Source of the DNA: a bacterium
GTDB lineage: Bacteria; Zhuqueibacterota; Zhuqueibacteria; Residuimicrobiales; Krinioviventaceae
Assembly (NCBI GenBank): GCA_963693055.1
Contig: OY843751.1
Coordinates: 5,312,001-5,376,000, forward strand
Length of the DNA stretch: 64,000 nucleotides
Direction of reading: 5' to 3'
Shown: positions 60,480-64,000 of the stretch, one piece after another
How positions within the stretch are numbered: position 1 is the stretch's first letter
Layout: each line of letters starts with the position of its first letter
Notes under the pieces: model-generated
What the model saw: the letters and a program-made list of their open reading frames with translations, nothing else
Databases searched by the model: none
What the model was told of the DNA's origin: nothing
Made by a program: the position numbers and the translations under genes

Positions 60480-60600
60480 GTTACTCTCATTTCTTTCATA
60501 TATGATATACATACTCGATCCCGGACTTTTGCCGGATACGAGGTAATTAATTGGCTCCAGTATAGTACTCCGAAACCAGAATTCTATGTTGCTTTATTTT

Positions 60601-60664
60601 CGTGCCCGGGCTCTGCCTGGGTACGGAAATAATTCCTGGTTCCTAGGCAGAGCCCCGGAACCAG
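60601..60664. repeat. Degenerate REP doublet with GGCTCTGCC/GGCAGAGCC core
   Basis: CGTGCCCGGGCTCTGCCTGGGTACG and the inverted CTGGTTCCTAGGCAGAGCCCCGGAACCAG. Each is self-complementary, and the cores pair with each other at 13 of 14 positions. Confidence 0.6.
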
Positions 60665-60937
60665 AGTTAATAATATAATTTCTATAAAGACAATAACCGC
60701 AACATACACCAGTCAACATGCTGAAAACATCCAGGTGTGCATTGCGGTTAATACTGTCAAAAACAAGGAGATAATGTACGAAAAATTGAAATTAAAATAA
60801 ACTATAGATTTTTTGGAAGAACCCGGTGAGTAGAAAATCAAACAATATAATAATTATATGAAACCTCTGAAATATTATTAGAATCAAAGGTAATAATTTA
60901 CTAATTTGCTGTATGATAAAAAAAACTGGAGTTTTAC

Positions 60938-61909
60938 ATGGGTCGCAATAGAATACACAATGAAGACTTGTTTACCACAGCAGCAAATGAAAATTTCAAA
61001 AAGCATATAAAAACCCAAAGCAAACAAGCTCTGAAAATTATCAAAGAAAAAATTGATTGGCAAAATTTACTTGAACCCATTGAAGAACGTATTGAACAAT
61101 CAAAAACCAGAAAATCAAATGCAGGCAAGCCGTCATTTGATTTGTTAGTTATTGTTCGTTGTTTTTTATTACAACGTATCTATGGTTTATCCGATCCTCG
61201 CCTGGAAGAAGAGATTGCGGATCGACGTAGTTTTCAATTGTTTCTGGAACTGACCAGTGCGGATGCAATCCCTGACGAGACCACTATCTGTCGCTATCGT
61301 GAACAATTTTCTCGCCTTGGTCTTGATAAAATACTGTTCCGGCAATTCAACAAACAGCTTGAAAAAATGGGTCTGATCGTTGGCAAAGGAACACTTGTTG
61401 ATGCAACTATAAAACAAGCACAAGCGAAACCAGGAAGCAAGCGTGATCGTGATGCAGATTTCACAAAGAAACGTGGCAAAACGCATTATGGCTACAAAGG
61501 CCATATTGGTACAGATTTGGACAGTGATATTATTCATTCTGTAGAGTTTACCAGCGCAAGTATTCACGACACAAATCTTTTTCCGGATCTGATAACAGAA
61601 AAAGAAAATGCGGTGTTCGCAGATAAAGGTTACACGAACAAAGCCCGCAAGTGCAACCTGCGAGGCAAAGGAGTCTATTGCGGCATTCTTGATAAAGGAT
61701 ATAGAAACCGAAATTTGACATCAAAGCAGGTAAAAAGAAATAAGCAATTATCTAAAGTTCGGAATGCAGTTGAAAGACCGTTTGCCTTTATGAAGCAAGT
61801 ATTAGATTATGATCGGTGCAGTTATTATGATATGGGCCGAAATCGTTTTGAATTTGTGATTGCAGCATGGGTTTATAATATCAGGCGTATGGTTACATTA
61901 ACCACTTGA
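60938..61909 (+). CDS. IS5-family transposase
   Basis: 'LSDPRLEE...DRRSF', 'PDETTICRYR', 'LVDATI', 'YGYKGH', 'ADKGY', 'RNAVERPF'. Confidence 0.93.
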   Translation: MGRNRIHNEDLFTTAANENFKKHIKTQSKQALKIIKEKIDWQNLLEPIEERIEQSKTRKSNAGKPSFDLLVIVRCFLLQRIYGLSDPRLEEEIADRRSFQLFLELTSADAIPDETTICRYREQFSRLGLDKILFRQFNKQLEKMGLIVGKGTLVDATIKQAQAKPGSKRDRDADFTKKRGKTHYGYKGHIGTDLDSDIIHSVEFTSASIHDTNLFPDLITEKENAVFADKGYTNKARKCNLRGKGVYCGILDKGYRNRNLTSKQVKRNKQLSKVRNAVERPFAFMKQVLDYDRCSYYDMGRNRFEFVIAAWVYNIRRMVTLTT

Positions 61910-61919
61910 GCCATTTCGT

Positions 61920-63346
61920 GGAAGTGTAAAGATTTTTGTGTAAATCATGAACAAGGGTTCAATAACCCGTAGGGTTATTGAATTTCGAGTTTTGATTTGC
62001 ACACACTTTTCCAAGGGACTGTAAATTCGCTTGTGTTTTAAAAACAAATATTACATTTTATTAAATACAGGAGAATTTACCAATGAAACTTACACCTGAA
62101 ATTATTAAACAACTTGAAAAAGATTTTGAAAACTGCAAGACAGCAGACGATCTGCTGGGCAAAAATAGTCTGGTCAAGAATTTGATTAGGGGCATATCAG
62201 ACCAAATTATGGAAGCTGAAATGACCCAGCACTTGGGCTATGAGAGACATTCTTCAGAAGGTGATAACAGTGGTAATAGTAGAAACGGTCACAGCAGCAA
62301 AACAGTGAAGACAGATTTTGGTGAAATTGACATCAAAATCCCCCGTGATCGGAATGGAGAATTTGACCCGGTACTTGTCAAAAAGCACCAGCGTGATCTG
62401 GGCAAAATAGATGAAATCATCGTTGCCTTATATGCCAAAGGTCTGAGTACAAGAGACATCAAAGACCATCTGGAAACACTCTACGGCCTGGACGCTTCCC
62501 CAACATTTATTTCCAATGTTACCGAACGGGTACGCGAGCTTGTCGTTGAATGGCAGTCAAGACCGTTGGATAGTGTTTATCCTATTGTTTATTTGGATGC
62601 TATCCACTATAAAATACGTGACGAAGGGCGTATTATAAACAAGGCCGCTTATACTGTACTGGGGATCAATGGTGAAGGCTTTAAGGATTTACTTGGTATT
62701 TGGATCGACCAGTCCGAGGGCGCCAATTTCTGGCTGTCTGTTCTAACCGATATACGAAACCGTGGGGTTGAAGATATTCTGATTGCATGCGTAGATGGGC
62801 TGAAAGGCTTTCCGGATGCTATTGCCAGCATTTTTCCCGATACTGAAGTCCAGCTTTGTATCATCCATCAAATCCGTAACTCGCTTCGTTATGTTGCATC
62901 AAAACATCAAAAAGAATTTATCAAAGATCTGAAGCTGGTTTATCAAAGCACAACTAAAGAAAACGCTGAACTGCAACTGGATCGCCTTGAACAAAAATGG
63001 GGACCCAAATATCCCATTGTTATCAATTCCTGGAGAAAAAACTGGGACAACCTGTCCAACTATTTTAAATATCCCGAAGAAATTCGGCGAATGATCTATA
63101 CCACAAATAGTGTAGAGGCTCTGCACCGGCAGCTTCGCAAAGTCACTAAAACCAAATCTCTGTTCCCCCACGATGATGCGTTGAAAAAAATGCTGTTTCT
63201 GGCCTACAGGGATATTGCTAAAAAATGGTCGCAGCCCATCAGAAACTGGGCCTTTGTTGTTTCTCAATTTTCTATTATATTTAAAGACAGGATGAAAATC
63301 CAAATATAGCACTACTATTCATTTACACAAAAAAGTTTACAGTCTC
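61920..63346 (+). mobile_element. IS256-family element (1427 bp)
   Basis: 26-bp IRs GGAAGTGTAAAGATTTTTGTGTAAAT and ATTTACACAAAAAAGTTTACAGTCTC (21/26 match). 8-bp target duplication CATTTCGT at 61912-61919 and 63347-63354. Confidence 0.92.
62083..63309 (+). CDS. IS256-family (Mutator) transposase
   Basis: 'NSRNG', 'PRDRNGEF', 'YLDAIHYK', 'DGLKGF', 'QLCIIHQIRN', 'YTTNSVE'. Confidence 0.96.
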   Translation: MKLTPEIIKQLEKDFENCKTADDLLGKNSLVKNLIRGISDQIMEAEMTQHLGYERHSSEGDNSGNSRNGHSSKTVKTDFGEIDIKIPRDRNGEFDPVLVKKHQRDLGKIDEIIVALYAKGLSTRDIKDHLETLYGLDASPTFISNVTERVRELVVEWQSRPLDSVYPIVYLDAIHYKIRDEGRIINKAAYTVLGINGEGFKDLLGIWIDQSEGANFWLSVLTDIRNRGVEDILIACVDGLKGFPDAIASIFPDTEVQLCIIHQIRNSLRYVASKHQKEFIKDLKLVYQSTTKENAELQLDRLEQKWGPKYPIVINSWRKNWDNLSNYFKYPEEIRRMIYTTNSVEALHRQLRKVTKTKSLFPHDDALKKMLFLAYRDIAKKWSQPIRNWAFVVSQFSIIFKDRMKIQI

Positions 63347-63531
63347 CATTTCGTAGGTATATAACCTATGTATTAGAGTAATGATAGTAAATTTTGTCAA
63401 AGAACAATTTTAAATGTTATAGATTTTATAAATATTTCATTCTCTTTGGAAAATTGAACTCAATTTATTAGTTCAATATGAAAAAATCCAATATTTCAGA
63501 TGTTTCTATATATGATTACAAACAATTAACT

Positions 63532-63987
63532 TTAATATTTAACCTTTTCATCAGTAAACAATGCTTCTTTTATTCTGATAATTTGTGACATTCTATCACT
63601 TTTAATATTATGCTCCCAAATTCTTATGACTTTCCATCCTTTTCGTCTCAAATTTTGAGTGACTTTTTTATCTCTTTTTCTATTGTTTTCAATTTTATTA
63701 ACCCAAAAGTCATTTTTCATCAAGTGTTTCCATCTAGGGAATTGCCAACCATGCCAGAAATCACTATCCAAAAAAATCAGAACATTAAACTGACGAAAAA
63801 CAATGTCTGGTTTTCCTTTTATATCTTTACAATTTAACTCAAAATCAAGATTTATTTCTTTTTCCAAACAATTAATAAAGTCCAATTCAAACTTCGTACC
63901 TCTCGACCTGATTTTAGACATATTGTAAGAACGTCTTTCTTCAGAAATTTTATCAGATGTTCTAGTTCTGTTAAAATTACGCCCCAA
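63532..63987 (-). CDS. vsr: Very-short-patch repair endonuclease
   Basis: 'RSYNMSKIRSRGTKFE', 'GKPDIVF', 'DSDFWHG', 'FWVNKIENNRKRD', 'GWKVIRIWEH'. Confidence 0.92.
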   Translation of the reverse strand: MGRNFNRTRTSDKISEERRSYNMSKIRSRGTKFELDFINCLEKEINLDFELNCKDIKGKPDIVFRQFNVLIFLDSDFWHGWQFPRWKHLMKNDFWVNKIENNRKRDKKVTQNLRRKGWKVIRIWEHNIKSDRMSQIIRIKEALFTDEKVKY

Positions 63988-64000
63988 ACTATTATTAATT

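Larger units (their letters stand above)
60860..63506 (+). mobile_element. IS5-family element (about 1212 bp net) carrying a nested IS256
   Basis: 17-bp IRs GAAACCTCTGAAATATT (60860-60876) and AATATTTCAGATGTTTC (63490-63506) match at 16 of 17 positions. TATAT flanks both sides. Confidence 0.8.

Noticed and set aside
60765-60833. AAGGAG followed by the mini-ORF MYEKLKLK* as a leader peptide
   Set aside because: SD spacing is only 3 nt, there is no amino-acid-biased codon run and no linked biosynthetic operon; more likely chance or a decayed gene start.
1-64000. tRNA, rRNA, known riboswitches, prophage genes
   Set aside because: None recognised by eye; a tRNAscan/Infernal run is needed to exclude weak or divergent cases.

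Overview
Bacterial chromosomal window. The three secreted proteins with 'YPNPFN' C-terminal sorting domains, the PorV-like gene and the many lipoproteins suggest an FCB-associated lineage such as candidate KSB1 or Calditrichota; this is inferred from gene content only. 1-28 kb is accessory and envelope-related: secreted beta-propeller proteins, glycoside hydrolases (GH27, GH31, GH65-like), lipoproteins, an rve-type IS with defined ends, several REP-like palindrome families, a convergent FolC-like/ATP-grasp pair and a putative sigma54-driven lipoprotein/beta-barrel operon. 28-60 kb is mostly transport and housekeeping: MFS, an RND pump with a binding-domain-TolC fusion, a CCA-type nucleotidyltransferase, mlaEFD, a lipB-E1a-E1b-E2-E3 2-oxoacid dehydrogenase operon, a stand-alone sacsin-like GHKL ATPase, glpK and proBA. 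The right end holds an IS256 nested inside an IS5, next to a vsr gene. I saw no rRNA, tRNA or CRISPR array. The strongest leads are the structured 3' non-coding region of the rve IS, the nuclease-less sacsin-like protein, the FolC/ATP-grasp pair, the binding-domain-TolC fusion and an apparent ACG start codon for proB. None of these is shown to be a new system; all family calls come from motif recognition without database searches.
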